The notes: generated by a model from the letters alone, not told the origin. Numbered from the whole stretch's first letter, positions 36,600-51,800 are shown. The stretch is DNA of 63,473 bases, filler included, from Collodictyon triciliatum (GCA_043381765.1; 7 parts of 7 records of this genome joined end to end with filler, not necessarily neighbours in it); one strand, 5' to 3'. Translations and numbers: made by a program.

Positions 36600-39500
36600 T
36601 CAGAGCCGGCCAGTCCGCTGCGAGGCCAGATACGCATCGATGTCCAATATGTCGTGGAAATGGGGACGCAGGTCAGGGTTGGCTTCCCAGCAGCGAATCA
36701 TGATGGGGTAAAGCACAGGGTCGCCTTTGTTGAGGATGGGCGGGCGCATCCCACGGAGGACTTCAAAGGGGATGTGCATCAGCCCTACGTCGCGGTACGG
36801 AACCTCGCGAGTGATTATTTCCCACAGGACAATGCCGAAACTGTACACGTCTGCCTTCTCGTTGTATCGCTGTCCTTGTATCACCTGCACAATAAGGGGA
36901 TGGGGAGATGCTGTTATATTGCGAATCGTGAAGAGCGAAATGGCTTATGGGACACTCGCACATAACATGGTTTTATTTATCTTGGCATATTTTGGGCCGG
37001 TGGCATGGAGAGTATGTATGTATGTATGTATGTATGTATGTATGTATGTATGTATGTATGTATGTATGTATGTATGTATGTATGTATGTATGTATGTATG
37101 TATGTATGTATGTATGTATGCTTGTGTATTAGATAAAAACAATGGGTTCAAAGGTTACTTCAGGAGCTTGGTAAATGATGGTTCCGCATTTCGTCATTGT
37201 TTTGTTGAAGGCCTTCACACGAGCAAAACCAAAATCGCAGATGCGAACTTCCATTCGGCTGTTGACCTGCGAAATTATTTAATAACCATTTCCTTAGAAT
37301 AGCCCATTCATACAATAGTTTTTCTGGTTTTGTTCACGTGGGTATGTGTATTTGGCTAAAGAACGCGTGAACATGCATCAGCTGGTAGGAAGATAGGTAT
37401 GTGATGGAAACTTGAATTGATAAATTTTAAGTGTCAAAGTCTTTCGAAAATCCATACGAGTATATTTGCTGTTTTCAAATCTCTGTGAATGATGGGTGGT
37501 TTTCTATCATGCAAGTACGACATCCCCTTAATGATTTGTTCCGCTAGATTTCGCCTATATGTGTTGAAGAAAAAAAAGAGGGTATTACTATAAAGAATGG
37601 GGCAATTATTAGCTTCATTTTTCTTAAAAATAAAAAATGAGAAAATATTTAAAATTATGTGTTTTACTTTGTACGGCTGTCAAGGGTCTGATTTTTGTCT
37701 GCCAGCAAGCGCTTCAGGTCAGAGCCTTCGAAATATTCCATCACAATAGCCATGCGGGGAGGCTGCAAGCAGGCTCCAATAAATTTGATGATATTGGGGT
37801 GATTGAGTTTCCTGCAATAATTAATTTATTTTTAAAAAAAGAATGATAATAATAATCAATTTGTATGATATTGATATCAGAGCTAGCCGAAAGTGTATTG
37901 GTAAACATATCGAAAGAGTTTGACCACGGATAAAACGATGGGAATAATATCGCAATCAATTCATACTGGTGAATGTGAACTTCAGAGGCAAAACTGAGGT
38001 AATATGCATCTGTATCGTTCTGCTGTATAATTCTCTTCACGGCCACTTGACCTCCCTTGATTAGTTTCCGCCATTAAGAAAAAAAACTGGAAAGTATTAT
38101 TCTAAGGATTGGTACACAACGAACAGAGAGCTAAAAACCTTGTGTGTTGCAACAAACACACGTCCGTAGGAGCCCGAGCCGAGGAGCTGGTCAGACATTA
38201 TCAAGTCTTCCCACAAAATTTCAAAGCTTGATGTGACCCGTTCATCAGAGTTCGAATTGCGGCTTTCACCTGTAGTTATTGTTAATTTAAATTATTTTTT
38301 AGACGAAAGTTCATCGACTTGAAATCAACAAAACAAAAAACAAAAAACAAAAAATAAAAATAAAAATAAAAAATAAAAAAAACAAAAGAAATTAGGATAA
38401 ATTTAAGTAAGTAACTGACCTTTAGATTCATCACTGATTGTGTTTGGTAAATTCTTCTGACTATCATCTTCCTGTTATTAGGTTCTTAGACGTGCACTTT
38501 CGTAGTGAAAAAACTAAAGGGAAAAGAAATGTGTCATAAATCTAGCTTACGGCGCTAACTTGAAGAGGATTTTCTTGTATGACTCGAGCATCATATATTT
38601 TGAATAAGTTTGCTCTTCCTTGAAGCGATATGGGGACAACCTGTAAATCATTTTTAAGATATAATATATAAATTAAGGCACGAGTCAACATCAAAACCGT
38701 GTTATACACACGAAATTTTCGTAACTTGATCCAATCCCTGAAGAAATACCTCGATAATCTTTTGGGCATTGGGGTCGGCGCCCTCTGGGACAGGAATTTG
38801 GCGAAACGAGGCTTGAAGCTTCCCTATCTTCTTTTCGATAGCCTATCGGTAAAAATAACAAAAGTGTATAAATTTGCCAAGTGGTCATATTTGCCACTAC
38901 AAAGCCAATCCTGTAAATATCCAATAAAGTGGTGCGATGATAGTATATTGCTTTCCTTTTTGCAAACGTTCATATTTTTTTTTCGGGTGACGATGAATGA
39001 TAAGTGATTCATTATGTAGATTTTGATGTCAGTGATAAAGGTGAATGACTTATTCGCTGTTTATTATTTTTATTGCTATTATTATTAAAAAAAAAATCTC
39101 AATTCAGTGTCTACCTCATACATAACACCAGCCATCAGTACTTGCCCGCCTTGGGATAAGCGGCATAAGTTCTTGGCAGCCCTGGTCGCCTTTAAGTTTT
39201 AATTGGCATCGTTAGAATACGACCAGTGAGAAAATTGGGAGTTTCATTGCCTATTTCGAATAGACATTCAATCAAATATACCTCTCCAGAGTAGATGGGC
39301 CTCTGAATTTGCGAATTATTGATTATCTTGCAGAATCCTCGACTTGTTCCCTATGTTTTAATTCATTTAGTTTTTTTTTTTTTTAAAAAAAAAAAAGGGA
39401 AGTGAGAAAAGAAAGAAGAGCAACCAAAGTTAAAGATTATGAACAAATTTTGGCGCATGAGAACCATTTTAATACGGAGACCCTTGAACAATCCATCGTA

Positions 39501-42079
39501 TTGGGGCTTTGCAGAGGGGTGAGCAAGTAAAGCATCAGACCAGTCAAGTTCGTTCAGTTTTTCTTGAAGCATGATACAAAACCTAAATGTATACACATGA
39601 AAAATATTTCGTCATAATACAAAGCAATGTTGTAAAAAAAAAAAAAAACAAGGAAAATTCGCAAATCAGGGGTGCTTTGAGAACTTGATGCCTGAGATAT
39701 AGAAGAAAACATACTTCAGAGCTTTCAGGGCATCTTCAAAGAGAATCAAAGAAATATGTCCATCGGATTTTGACTCAATACCACGAAACTGGTTATTAAC
39801 CTAGATACCAGTGCAAGATTTGATGATGGTGATGATGGTGATGCCCATATTATTAAGAATAAAAAATAAAAATAAAAACAATAGCGATATTTAAATAATT
39901 GTAAATTATACATATATTGTCAAAAAGACATTTATTCAGCCATAAAAAAATCCCGAGAGTTGTATCTCTAGAGTATAAGACCATATAAAGGAGGCTAATA
40001 GCATGTAAGAGAAGAAATATATATAAAAAAAATACCTTGTGAACAAGGTCGTTGAACATAATAATTGAATCCACCATCGCATCTGGAATATCCTCCCATA
40101 TCCTTCCAACGTCTGATATGGCCATGGCTACAACAGAGTATGTTCCTTCTGAGGACTTTGATAGGTCGGTGGTGGAGCTATCCTGTAGGTGAAATGAGAG
40201 AATATACGGTTCGCTGTTTAGCATCTTTGAATGAATGGCATGTATGCCCTATAAGTACGCACCTTTGTAGGATGACTATTCGGGGATGAGGATCCATGTG
40301 TTGATTGAAGGTTCTGAATGAGACAGTTTGGTTATTAGATTACAGTTCAAAAAAGAGGGAAAATGGGAGGAATGGACTGTATTTGTGGTGTAAGATTTTC
40401 TAGTTTAGTCTACCGTGACAGTCGCAGTAATCTCGCTAAAGTCTGGTCTTTGAGCTGGGTCGTGATGCCAGCATCTCTCCATCAACGATTTCAAATCTGG
40501 GTGAGTGTCTGATGGGATAGCCGGACGCAGCTTGTCTGTACTAACCTTCACAGCGACAGTTAGGGGACTTTCTATTTCATGGTAGGGTTCCAGGCGTGTA
40601 ACCACTTCCCAAATTGTGATTGCGTAGCTGTAAGTGTCTGCCTTTTCTGAGTATGGTTGACCATTCAGTATCTCTGGCGCTACCCAAGGAATGCTTCCGA
40701 TTCCCTCATCTTCCATGCGTTTCTGCCCTTGGAGAGTGGAAAGCCCAAAGTCGCTGTGTTTTATGTCAAATTTTTATATTTCATAAGGTAGTTACCCCTG
40801 ACGAAACATTGGGGTTCTATTAATTCATAAGAAATAGAATATGTAGGCATTTTATTCGCGAATACTTCAAATTCGTTAATTTATTTCTTCCTTTTTAAAT
40901 TATTTGATAGAGCCTCAAACCATAGCTTCACACTCCATTTGTTGTCGAGCTAGGTCAATGAAATTGGATTTAATGCAAGTAGACACTTTATTAAGTCTTG
41001 GCAGATCATAGATTTATGCTGATGAAAGAAACACTCACAAGAACATTAGGACTCTTCAAGTCACGATGCCACACAGGGGGATTACATGAATGAAGATAAT
41101 GCATTCCTATTTCGTGTTATCATATTAGAAAGCTACAGAGAAGTGCATTATGAAGCGGGTAAAAAGAGAGCTCCCAGCAATATCTTCTACGAAAATTGTA
41201 TACATTAGAAGTCGTTTTTTTTTCAGTAATATTTTCTTGTGTGAAACGAACCTTGTGCAATTCCATTGATAAAGCCCATCTTCTTGTTGATTGTAAGGTC
41301 AACTTCAGGGCGGTGAAGAATATTATATAAAGAACCTTGATTCATAAATTCCGAGATGACGCATGGCACTGATGTATCAACAGAGGCACTCATGTACAGC
41401 AGAATATTAGGATGACGAAGTTCCCTATTGAAGGAATACAGAAAATAGTTGAGCTAATCCAAATCCCTTAAATCAGCTGCACTGATGTATTGGGCTCCTC
41501 ATTTTGAATGATTGATTACTCACACCATAACCTCGATTTCGGATTGGAACTTTTTTAAGAGTTCATCTTTCAGATTTACAAGAAGAATTTTTTTAATTGC
41601 TACGTCAGTCCCTCTCCACGCGCCGCGGTATACCTTAGAATACAATGATTTCAATACATGTGTCATGATGGTCATATTTTGTGAATAGAGTCCTATCAGA
41701 AGCTGTTATATAATTGTAGCGTTTTCTTTTGTTTGTCCCTTTATATTTCTCCTTTTTTTCTTTTCTTTTCTTTTCTTCTTCTTTTTCTTTGTCGTTGTTG
41801 TTTTAAAAAAATTATCTTTAATAATTCTAGTGGATGTATTAATTACCTCTCCAAAACTCCCAGAGCCAACTAATTCATAAAACCTCAGTTCCTCAAAATC
41901 GCAAAAAAGAAGCTGTTTTTCTTCTTTGTTCACTGCTCGCGAAAGTCTTTTCCGGAACAAATATACTATGACAGATAGTGTGACGACTGAAAAAGCACCC
42001 ACAGAAGCTACTGTGGGAATTAGAATGCTAATGACACCATTCGAGTCTCCATCATCTGCATGATATAAGAAGTTCCATA

Positions 42080-42174
<95 letters not shown>

Positions 42175-43435
42175 AGAAAAAAGAAAGAGGAACTAATGGC
42201 CAAATGTTACGCAGGGTACACATGTTACGCATCATAAACATAAATTTTACTTGTCTGTTTACACTCGGGCTGAGTCTGAATTTTAAATAATATTATGTTA
42301 CTTTGTGGCTAAAAACAGTTTGCAAAGAATTATATAAATCATGTCTTGGGATTCATAGTGTAGGTTCTTGAAGCGTAAAAACAAATATGTATATAAAATG
42401 AAAACGTGAGCGAGCCATTACCTTAGCATCACCTACGCGACATACTTCACATCGAAGTGAAGAGGAAGAGAGAAACATTCCTTGTGGGCAAGTACACCTC
42501 TGCTCAACAATAGATGCTTCGAGCGGACATGCTATTGTTGATAAGGTTTAAAATCCGCCCCACATAGAAATATTGAGGATTCCCAGAAAAGAAGGCATAA
42601 ATAAATTACAAGAGTAGCATGAATAGAAAAAAAATCCATTTTAATGAAAAATAACCTATGTGGTTTACAGTAAACCCTGCCCCGCCTATAGAAGTAAACC
42701 CCTTTGAAATGAGATGAACTTCAAAGTTGGGATGTGTTGTTGTGTCTGAGAAATTCCCTGCACCGGTCAATGAAATCGAGAGGCTGGTATTGCGAGAGAA
42801 ATAGGAAACAACAAGCCTATTGCGTTCGAAAAACAATCATTACGATACATGAAGAAAAGAAGAAAGGAATGGGTATGCGAAGAAAACTCATACGAGTAGA
42901 GCATCGGTGCCATTATGTTCAAAAGCATGCCAATTGAATTCATAATACTAATAATAATGGTTGCGCACCTGTCGTAATTTGCCAGTGCGTATGTGATAGC
43001 TATTCTATTAGACTTCAGAATATTCCAGCGACAGTATGAGCCTGGTACGTATGAAGCCGTACGACTTCCGTCATTGAAAAATTGCCAGGTGGTATTCCCA
43101 GCAACTTGTTGTGGCGTGTCCCAGGAGCAATACGCTTGGTTAATGTGTGAAGTGATTAAGCCGGTAATATATTTGGGGGACAATCATGGAAGGACAGAGA
43201 AATAATTGGTAATTGATAATTGATTATTGCTATTGATGATGATATTGACAAGAGCTAATCAGCAGTATACATGGCATATATCCAATTAAGGCGTTAGAGT
43301 ACGAGCCTCCCGATTGGCCGCCGAACATGACCATCATAGATTGAATAGATATGGCAACACGACCCTCAGATGTCACATAGTCTCTTGTGTATGAATCAAC
43401 AGCTGCCGGAGCAAAGGTGTTCGTTTCTGAATTTA
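36600..43435 (-). CDS. Single-pass receptor kinase: Kelch-like/CUB-like/Cys-rich ectodomain, TM, TKL kinase, degenerate class III cyclase-like domain, second TKL kinase. 5'-truncated.
   Basis: Kinase 1: GSGSFGEV, VAIKK, HRDLKSPN, DFG, WVAPE. Kinase 2: GSGSYG, VAVKR, HRDLKTAN, DFG, YQAPE. Between them: ISDV..IWE...AM, LQEKL..LDW...L and FKGLRIKMG. TM segment VGAFSVVTLSVIVYLF. Confidence 0.9.
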
Positions 43436-43444
43436 GCGAAGTGT

Positions 43445-43538
<94 letters not shown>

Positions 43539-43955
43539 NNNNNNNNNNNNNNNNNNNNNNNNNNNNNNNNNNNNNNNNNNNNTTAATTAATTAANNNNNN
43601 NNNNNNNNNNNNNNNNNNNNNNNNNNNNNNNNNNNNNNGTTTGTTTGTTTGTTTGTTTGTTTGTTTGTTTGTTTGTTTGTTTGTTTGTTTGTTTGTTTGT
43701 TTGTTTGTTTGTTTGTTTGTTTGTTTGTTTGTTTGTTCTTTCTGTTTGTCTGTTTGTTTGATTTATTCTTTTTTAATTCTATTGGTTTCATTTTTAATCG
43801 CATCTTATTCGAAGAAAAACATTTCTCCCTTTAAAACAAAAGTTGCAAAAACAAAAATTGCAAAAACAAAAAATGCAAACACCATGCAAACAAAATAATA
43901 AGGAATAAAAATTAAGCCTTCATTCTATTACAAAAAGAAATATAAGGAGCTGCAG

Positions 43956-46900
43956 ATGGGCCAGGAAAGTCGTCATTGTCCTCAAGCGGACGTTCATGCT
44001 ACTTTTTGTATACTTCTCAGTTTAGTCGTAATATCAACCTCAGCAAAGCTTCAACAGGGCTTCAGTATGGAAAACAAAGTTACCCAGATTTATGACTGCA
44101 TGATCGGCAGGTTTGTTGTGTATTTTTCTACATGGCATATTTTCCGTCTTTATTCTATTTAGTTGCCTTCATAGTTTTTTTTTTTACATTTCTTGTAACA
44201 ATTCATCTTTTTTTCCCTCAAATAGTTGCATATGGCCCCTCGAAGAGACATACGAAATTGTCGATGAAATTGACCCACAAGCTCTAAAAGGGATTGTAAA
44301 GCATATCATCACATTGGAATTTCAAAAGAATCATCATCCTTTCAAGATAGAGCCAGCACAAGCAACTTATAACATCGATAATACTTACCAAAGTCGCCCC
44401 CTCAAGATAGCTTCAAATGAAATTTCTCGCATTAAAACGTCACAAACAGCACCATTAAAGAACATTTATAAAAAGATGGGAGGAGAATATTGGAGACACC
44501 AAGAATATTGGTTAAACGACACTGTTTGTTATTGTAATTGGTATGGTATCAGCTGTTTATATGGATGCACTGATGAACAATGCCAGGTTTTTATTTTGAT
44601 CTTTTCAACTCTAAATTTATCAGCTAACAACAACTGAAACAATTATATTTTTTTTTATTCCTATCATAAAATATATTCAAATATTTCAGCATAATATACG
44701 TTTAATGTATACCAGTTGATTTGATAAATGCTACTGAATTGCATATCTAGAGACAAGAGTGTGCCGTTACTGGAATTGGGCTATTCGAGAACAACTTGGT
44801 TGGTAATTTAACAGACATCGAATCTGACTTAACAGACTTGCATTATCTGATATATCTCGATCTTGAGTACAATACATTAATTGGTTCGTTACCTCATGGT
44901 CCGATGCCGAGTCTGAGATATTTGCTTTTGAAAGGAAACAGGCTGAGTGGGGGAATTCATAATTTTGCCAATGCACCTGAGCTAACAGATATTGATTTAT
45001 CATCAAATAAATTTGATGCTATCAATTTTCATATGAACTCCACGGTAAATTTAAAAAGCTTTGAAGTTTCGACTAATTCTATTCGTAGTCAACTTCCAGA
45101 GTTTATTTCGCCGGTTTTATCCATTCTTAATTTGAGGGATAACAAGTTGTATGGAAATATTAAAAAGTTTTACTATGTACCTTCACTGGAAATAATCAAT
45201 CTTAGCAGAAATCTGTTAGGTGGGAATATACCAGAGTTACAATTTAATTACTTGACGATCCTTGATGTTTCATCAAATTACTTTGTGGGCAGCTTACCAA
45301 AAGTTTATAATGCAGGAGAATTGATAAAAAATGATGGGTCATTTTCTTCAACTGACCCAAAATCCATGGCATCATTCATACCACAGATATCGCTGATCAA
45401 TTTATCTAATAATTTGATTACGGGAACAATACCTAAATATAACATTCCATCAATGATGTTGATAGACGCATCGAGTAATTTTTTGACTGGGGTCATACCC
45501 AGTTTTGAAACTATGAGCAATTTAATGACGATTGATTTTTCATTCAACTCATTAAAGTTGTTTGATGACCGACTCCCATTTAACCTTCAGTCTCTTTTTA
45601 TTAACAGAAATCAGATACATGGCACACTGCCTGTAGAACTCCCTCCAGCCATGCATTTTTTCATCGGAAGAGACAATATTGGTCTTGTCGGTACCTTGCC
45701 ATCCTCATATGGGCGATTGATATCACTCGCAATCGTAGACTTGACAAACACATCGATATCAGGAAATGAAAAAGATGGTTACATTCCAGAAACCTTCATC
45801 TTATCTGAGAATGTAGAGTTATCTAATTCAAAGATGGATTACATGTGTCCTCATTTTATTGGAGAGAACACTTTAGTGGACATATATATCGACCCATCGT
45901 ACTTTCAATACGAATTTTGTTCTTGTTTGCCTGATCGATATGGATATCGTAATAATTGCATCCCGTGTGAGAGCCCATGTCTATGCCAAGAGGGAAATAT
46001 TGTTTCAAATTGCTTTCCATCACCAGACCACTTTTCTGTTGTGGAGTTAGTGCAATGTCCTTTAAATGAAGTCTGCAATCCCAAAAGTTCGTTCCCCTTC
46101 ACTTGTGAGGTGGGCTATACTGGGAGGCTATGCACTGCTTGCCAAACAGGATATTCGCCACAGGGAAGGCACTGTTTGGAGTGCCCACCACAATCAGAAT
46201 ATTACCTACCAATAATCCTCGCGCTATTCTTGGTAGCTTTTCTGGGATATATAATATATATTCCACCCCAATCAACTGGTATTTTTTTTTTGTGATCAAA
46301 TTTCTGCTAATTTCTTCTATCCTTAATTTTTATAAGTAAAGAAAAGAAGAAAAGAAGAAAAGAAGAAAAGAAGAAAAGAAGAAAAGAAGAAAAGAAGAAA
46401 AGAAGAAAAGAAGAAAAGAAGAAAAGAAGGAAAAAANNNNNNNNNNNNNNNNNNNNNNNNNNNNNNNNNNNNNNNNNNNNNNNNNNNNNNNNNNNNNNNN
46501 NNNNNNNNNNNNNNNNNNNNNNNNNNNNNNNNNNNNAAAAAGGAAAAAAGGAAAAAAGGAAAAAAGGAAAAAAGGAAAAAAGGAAAAAAGGAAAAAAGGA
46601 AAAAAGGAAAAAAGGAAAAAAGGAAAAAAGGAAAAAGAGGAAAAAAGGAAAAAAAGGAAAAAAGGAAAAAAAAGGAAAAAAGGAAAAGGAAATAAATAAA
46701 AAAGAGTTATATATGTTTTTTTTTAAATCTGGATGCATGATAGGCCGAGCCAGTTTATAAATTTTTCTACTCGCAAATCCTTATGATATCACAATTTCAG
46801 GACTGGCCAAAATATTCCTATTTCATGTCCAATCATTGGAAGTTGTGTATTATACGGCCGTTTTAAATGCAGAAGGGAGTTCAAGCATCGAATTGTTTAC

Positions 46901-48220
46901 TTCAATAGCAACCCTCCGAATTCCTTTTGTCAGATGCATGATATCAAATGAAAAATCTCACATTGTCTTGCTCATATATGTGCTCTTTGTATTCATGGTT
47001 TTCGTGGCCTGTGGGATTGGACTTTTCTTTTTTCAGACTCAAAAAAAATCGGACAAGGTATTTACTATTGTCTGTGTATTACAAGGGCGTATTCAATATA
47101 TAACTGTCTCTGATGCGTCCAGTTCATAAGTAGCTGTTCGCTTATCCTTGTTTTCTTTCTTCCAATCTTGTCATATTTCACGTTTATTCTTAATTGCATG
47201 ATAAATCCCGATCTCCTAGGTAATCTTTGTGACTTTATTTCTCCTTCACGCGATGTATTTCGGAATAAGTCGGCAGGTATTCGGGACGTTTGGGTGTACT
47301 TTATACGATAAGACAACCGAAAAATGGTATCTTAATTCGTTGCCATGGCTTGCCTGCCACCCGATGGATGCTGATTATAGCCCTATGCTCGAGTTGGCTT
47401 TGCCAAGTTTTGTGATTTACATAGTGGGGTTTTTCGTTGCTACCTACTACTTGCTTGTGTCACTTCGCTCGTACATGAATAATGAACGCATTATGCAAAG
47501 CTATGGATTTCTATACCTGTCCTACAGACCAGTAATGATATTTTTTTCTTACAATATATATATTTGTTGCGTGAACCAATATCATAACGTTGTATGATAA
47601 TTTTTTTTAAACTTTCATCGGACATTGTTAAGGTGCATTGGTACTGGGAACTCATATCGATGGCTCGTCGCCTTTTATATAGTTTTATGCTGAGTTTAAT
47701 TCCTTTTCACTACGAAACGACTCTTAGGATATCAATATTTTTAGTTATGTTGGTGAGTGTAATTAGTCATGAAACTGATATTTTTTTTCTTGCCAATAAG
47801 TAAAACTGGATGTCAATCTAATTCAGCACACTTTCTTGGGGCTACCTATTCATATATCAATAATTCCACTAGGCATCCCTTTTCCTCCAGCATACACAGA
47901 AACCATATGTATCAGACCTTGAAAACCGAATGGAGTTATTGTGCCTATACACCTTAATGCTGTCCTTTTTTGGGGGACTACTGTTTGATTTTTACGGGTT
48001 TGAAGTTTGGGTCTTTGTGTTGATTGCAATCCCCAACGTGGCGGTGGCAGGGTCTTTTGGATATTTGTTATATCCGCGCTTTCTGAGCGCAGCAAAAAGA
48101 TTAACCGTGGCTATACGATATTCTACAACAGATATTACGGGCCTCGATCTTTCATCTCTGTTGCAAGGTGCTGAACACAGTCCTCCGACAGAGCCCATGA
48201 TTCATTCACCAACAAAGTAG
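43956..48220 (+). CDS. Signal peptide + LRR ectodomain + Cys-rich region + ~7-TM domain (GPCR-like receptor architecture)
   Basis: LRR cap CNWYGISC, repeated LxxLxLxxNxLxGxIP, CEVGYTGRLCTAC, then KIFLFHVQ, FGC...YLNSLPWLAC and YGFLYLSYRP-VHWYWELISMARR with multiple hydrophobic helices. Confidence 0.88.
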
Positions 48221-48266
48221 AATTACAGTCGGGCATGAGCAAACAGCCTTTCCTCTTGTAATGAAC

Positions 48267-48337
<71 letters not shown>

Positions 48338-48461
48338 AAAAAAAAAACACAAAAACAAAAANNNNNNNNNNNNNNNNNNNNNNNNNNNNNNNNNNNNNNN
48401 NNNNNTTAATTAATTAANNNNNNNNNNNNNNNNNNNNNNNNNNNNNNNNNNNNNNNNNNNN

Positions 48462-48540
<79 letters not shown>

Positions 48541-48884
48541 AAAAAACAAAATAAAAAAACAAAATAAAAAAACAAAATAAAAAAACAAAATAAAAAAACA
48601 AAATAAAAAACAAAATAAAAAACAAAATAAAAAAATAAAAAAATAAAAAATAAAAAAATAAAAAAATAAAAAAATAAAAAAAATAAAAAAATAAAAAAAA
48701 AAATAAAAAACAAAATAAAAAACAAAATAAAAAAACAAAAAAACAAACAAACTTTAATACCACGGACTGATCGAAAAATAAGAAAACAGCCCAGAAGCGC
48801 ACTGATCCCGACACAGATCGAGTTCCGCGTCCACCCCATCAGAGCGATCGCCAGGAACACTCCACCGGCCTCACAGAGCCCGGG

Positions 48885-51800
48885 ATGAATCCAGGTTCAA
48901 TCCCCTGTACCTCAACGAACTCTTCTCTCCTTTCTCCTTTCTCTTTTTTTTTCTCACTCTTCTCACCCTCCACCCTCCACCCTTCTATCTTGTCTCTTGT
49001 CTTCACTTGTCTTCTCTCTCAATACTTTACTGAGTAGCACAATAAACAGCACATTATCCTGTCTCTGGCCGCCCTTCGGTTTCTTCCGTCAGGACAGGCC
49101 TGGTTACCGGCGGCCCACATCAATATGCAGCTCCACCCCATCCAAACGCAGGACCGCAAAACATGCCGCGCCTATCCTCATTTTCCAACCTAGCCAATCC
49201 AGCATATGCTACGGTTCTCCCTGCCGTCGGCCCGGCCCCGGTCGCCATCTCTTCCTCTCAAAGCCACATACAAGTTCCGGGCCAAAGTCCGGCCCATCCG
49301 GGCTCATCGGCGCTCTCCGCACCCGCACAAGCAAAAATCGGACATGCAACAAGCCAGACTCGTCCACCCAACCCTGATGTCGGCACCGGGGTCTTTGCAG
49401 GCCATGCATACGGAAACGCTGCCGCGCAAAACACGGTTGCACCTGGTTCGGCCTCGGTTGGAGTCTCTCCCCGACAGTTAGGTAGTCCAGCCGCACAAAA
49501 GAATGATGTTGCTTTCTCAGGATCTCTGCAAGGGTTTAAAGCACCACCAAGGGCGATTCCTCCTCATTCAGCGGTATACTCTGAGCACAAAGTGCCTCGG
49601 ATTAAAGACCTTGAAATCAGTGGCGGTCCTTATCACACAAATAAGCTTATGCTTTCATTTACCATTTCTGGTGGGCTGGAAGGTTCCTCCAGGTTCTCAT
49701 GGCATCGATCTTCCCATAGTGACTGGTTTTCTCCAATCCCGGGTGAATGAATGATAGCTTCTTTGCTTGTCCTTCTTACTTAGCAGCCAATTCTCTCATG
49801 TGTTCATGTTTTTCATGTCCTATCTCTATCTGCGAAAGCGTAGTAGAAGAAAAAGTCGTCTTCAATATATTTATAATCGTAGATAATTGCATCTTAATTG
49901 ATATGCATTAATTAGGTGCTTCGAGTCGAAGCTACCAACCAACAGCAGAGGATTTAAACTGCAAGGTTAGAGTCGAGATAACGCCTGTGCTATCCAATGG
50001 AATCGAAGGCCCTTCACATCTCTATATTTTGCCCGATGATTTGATGTCAATAGGTCAAATTTTATTTATTTTTATCATTATTATCTCATCTCCAGGGCCT
50101 CGTTCATCCGAAAATTAATTATCCATATAATTCCCTTGCCCTCTTCACATCCGATTTCCTTTTAAATCATAAAATTTCTACAGATCCAAAGATTAAAGAA
50201 AGTGTCGATGCACTATATGAGCAAGGAAGAGCTGAATGGAAGGTGTTACTCAATAGGAATCATATATGAGCTCTAATATTAATATGATTATATATTTACG
50301 TGATTTCAAGTGACATCCACAGAAATGGAATGTGATTTTCTTAAAGCTAACCCTTCTTTATTTATTTGTTTTAGGTTATTCACATGAACGAACCATATAC
50401 ATTACTGGCCAATAAGAGGAAAATTAAGATTAGGAAAGATGGGAAAACGATCAAGAAATCTCGATACTCTGACGATTTCTATGTGAGATATTTTTTTCTC
50501 AAGTATTTTCATATTTGCGAGCCTGCCATTATAAATAACATGCCTGTAAAAATAAACGTAAACAAACAAGACAAAAAAAAATCTAGATACAATTTCACCA
50601 AGCGAATGAATGCATATTTGTTGTGATTATTGATGATGAGCGCTTTGATGTAACCGTCGATAGTAGCTTGACAAGAGATATCATCGGACTGCTAGTTGGT
50701 GCATTCTACAATGGAAATATAGTAAGTTACCGAGCTAAGTACGCTCGATAGATACAAGCTTCGAATTTTAAATGATTTTTTGAATGGTTGGTGCCTCCAC
50801 AATACATGCATTCATTCCTTAATTTTTAGGATGTGTATGAGATCCCTCACAAATTGCGTGTTTCTACATGTGATGTTAACATAAATCAAATTCTTGATTT
50901 GAAACGTAAGGGAGGTTAGTAAAACTTTTTCATGTTAGCACCTCACCTTACTTATTTCATTACATGCCATCCTTTTATCACTTAATTAATTTGTGTGCCC
51001 ATGCATATATGTGTTCTTTCTGCTTTCATTATCAAACAAACAAACAAAAACAAAAACAAAAACAAAAACAAAAACAAAAACAAAAACAAAAACAAAAACA
51101 AAAACAAAAACAAAAACAAAAACAACATTGGAATACATAAACAATGGTATTTATTTTAGTTAAGGACATCACTTCAAATACAAATCAAACTGCAATAACA
51201 GTCTCTGGGGGTCCTTATTTTACTCGTCCATTAATGCTCATTATTAAAGGAGCTAATCAAAGCCAACCCAACGCACCTAAAGGGTATTTAATTCGAATTA
51301 TTTTCTCGTTTTTTTCTCTCAAAGGAAACACATGGCAGCATGATATAAAACTGAACTATGCAATATTCCATTAGGGAAATAAAATGGTACCGTTCAAGAA
51401 GGGAGTGGGAGGATGAAGAAATAGAGGGTTTCTTTTCTTTCCTTTTTTTTTTTTTTTTTAGTCTACTGTCGTTACTGGCGTCAATCTTTGAGAACTTTAA
51501 TATACCTTTGATCAATATTCTTTCATCCTGTTCCTCAATAACTCTAACTCGATGAGAGAACTTTCACACCATTTTCTTCAAAAATTACAGGAGCTGTTGG
51601 TACTGTTTACCAACCCACGGCCGAGGACATTTTTTGTAGCCTGCGAGTTGAATTCACACCAATCAAAGTAAGCTTTGAAAAGATGTATACTTTATCTACG
51701 CCAAAGATTTCATCCAGCTTCTCCTTAATCGATTACATGTATAATCAAATCAAAACTTAACATGTCTTTTGGGATATAACAGGACGGTGTTCGAGGAAAA

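Noticed and set aside
48890-48915. tRNA-like GGTTCAATCCCCTGTACCTCA
   Set aside because: The T-stem is imperfect and there is no acceptor or anticodon arm. It is better explained as the donor after the ATGAATCCAG first coding exon of the formin.
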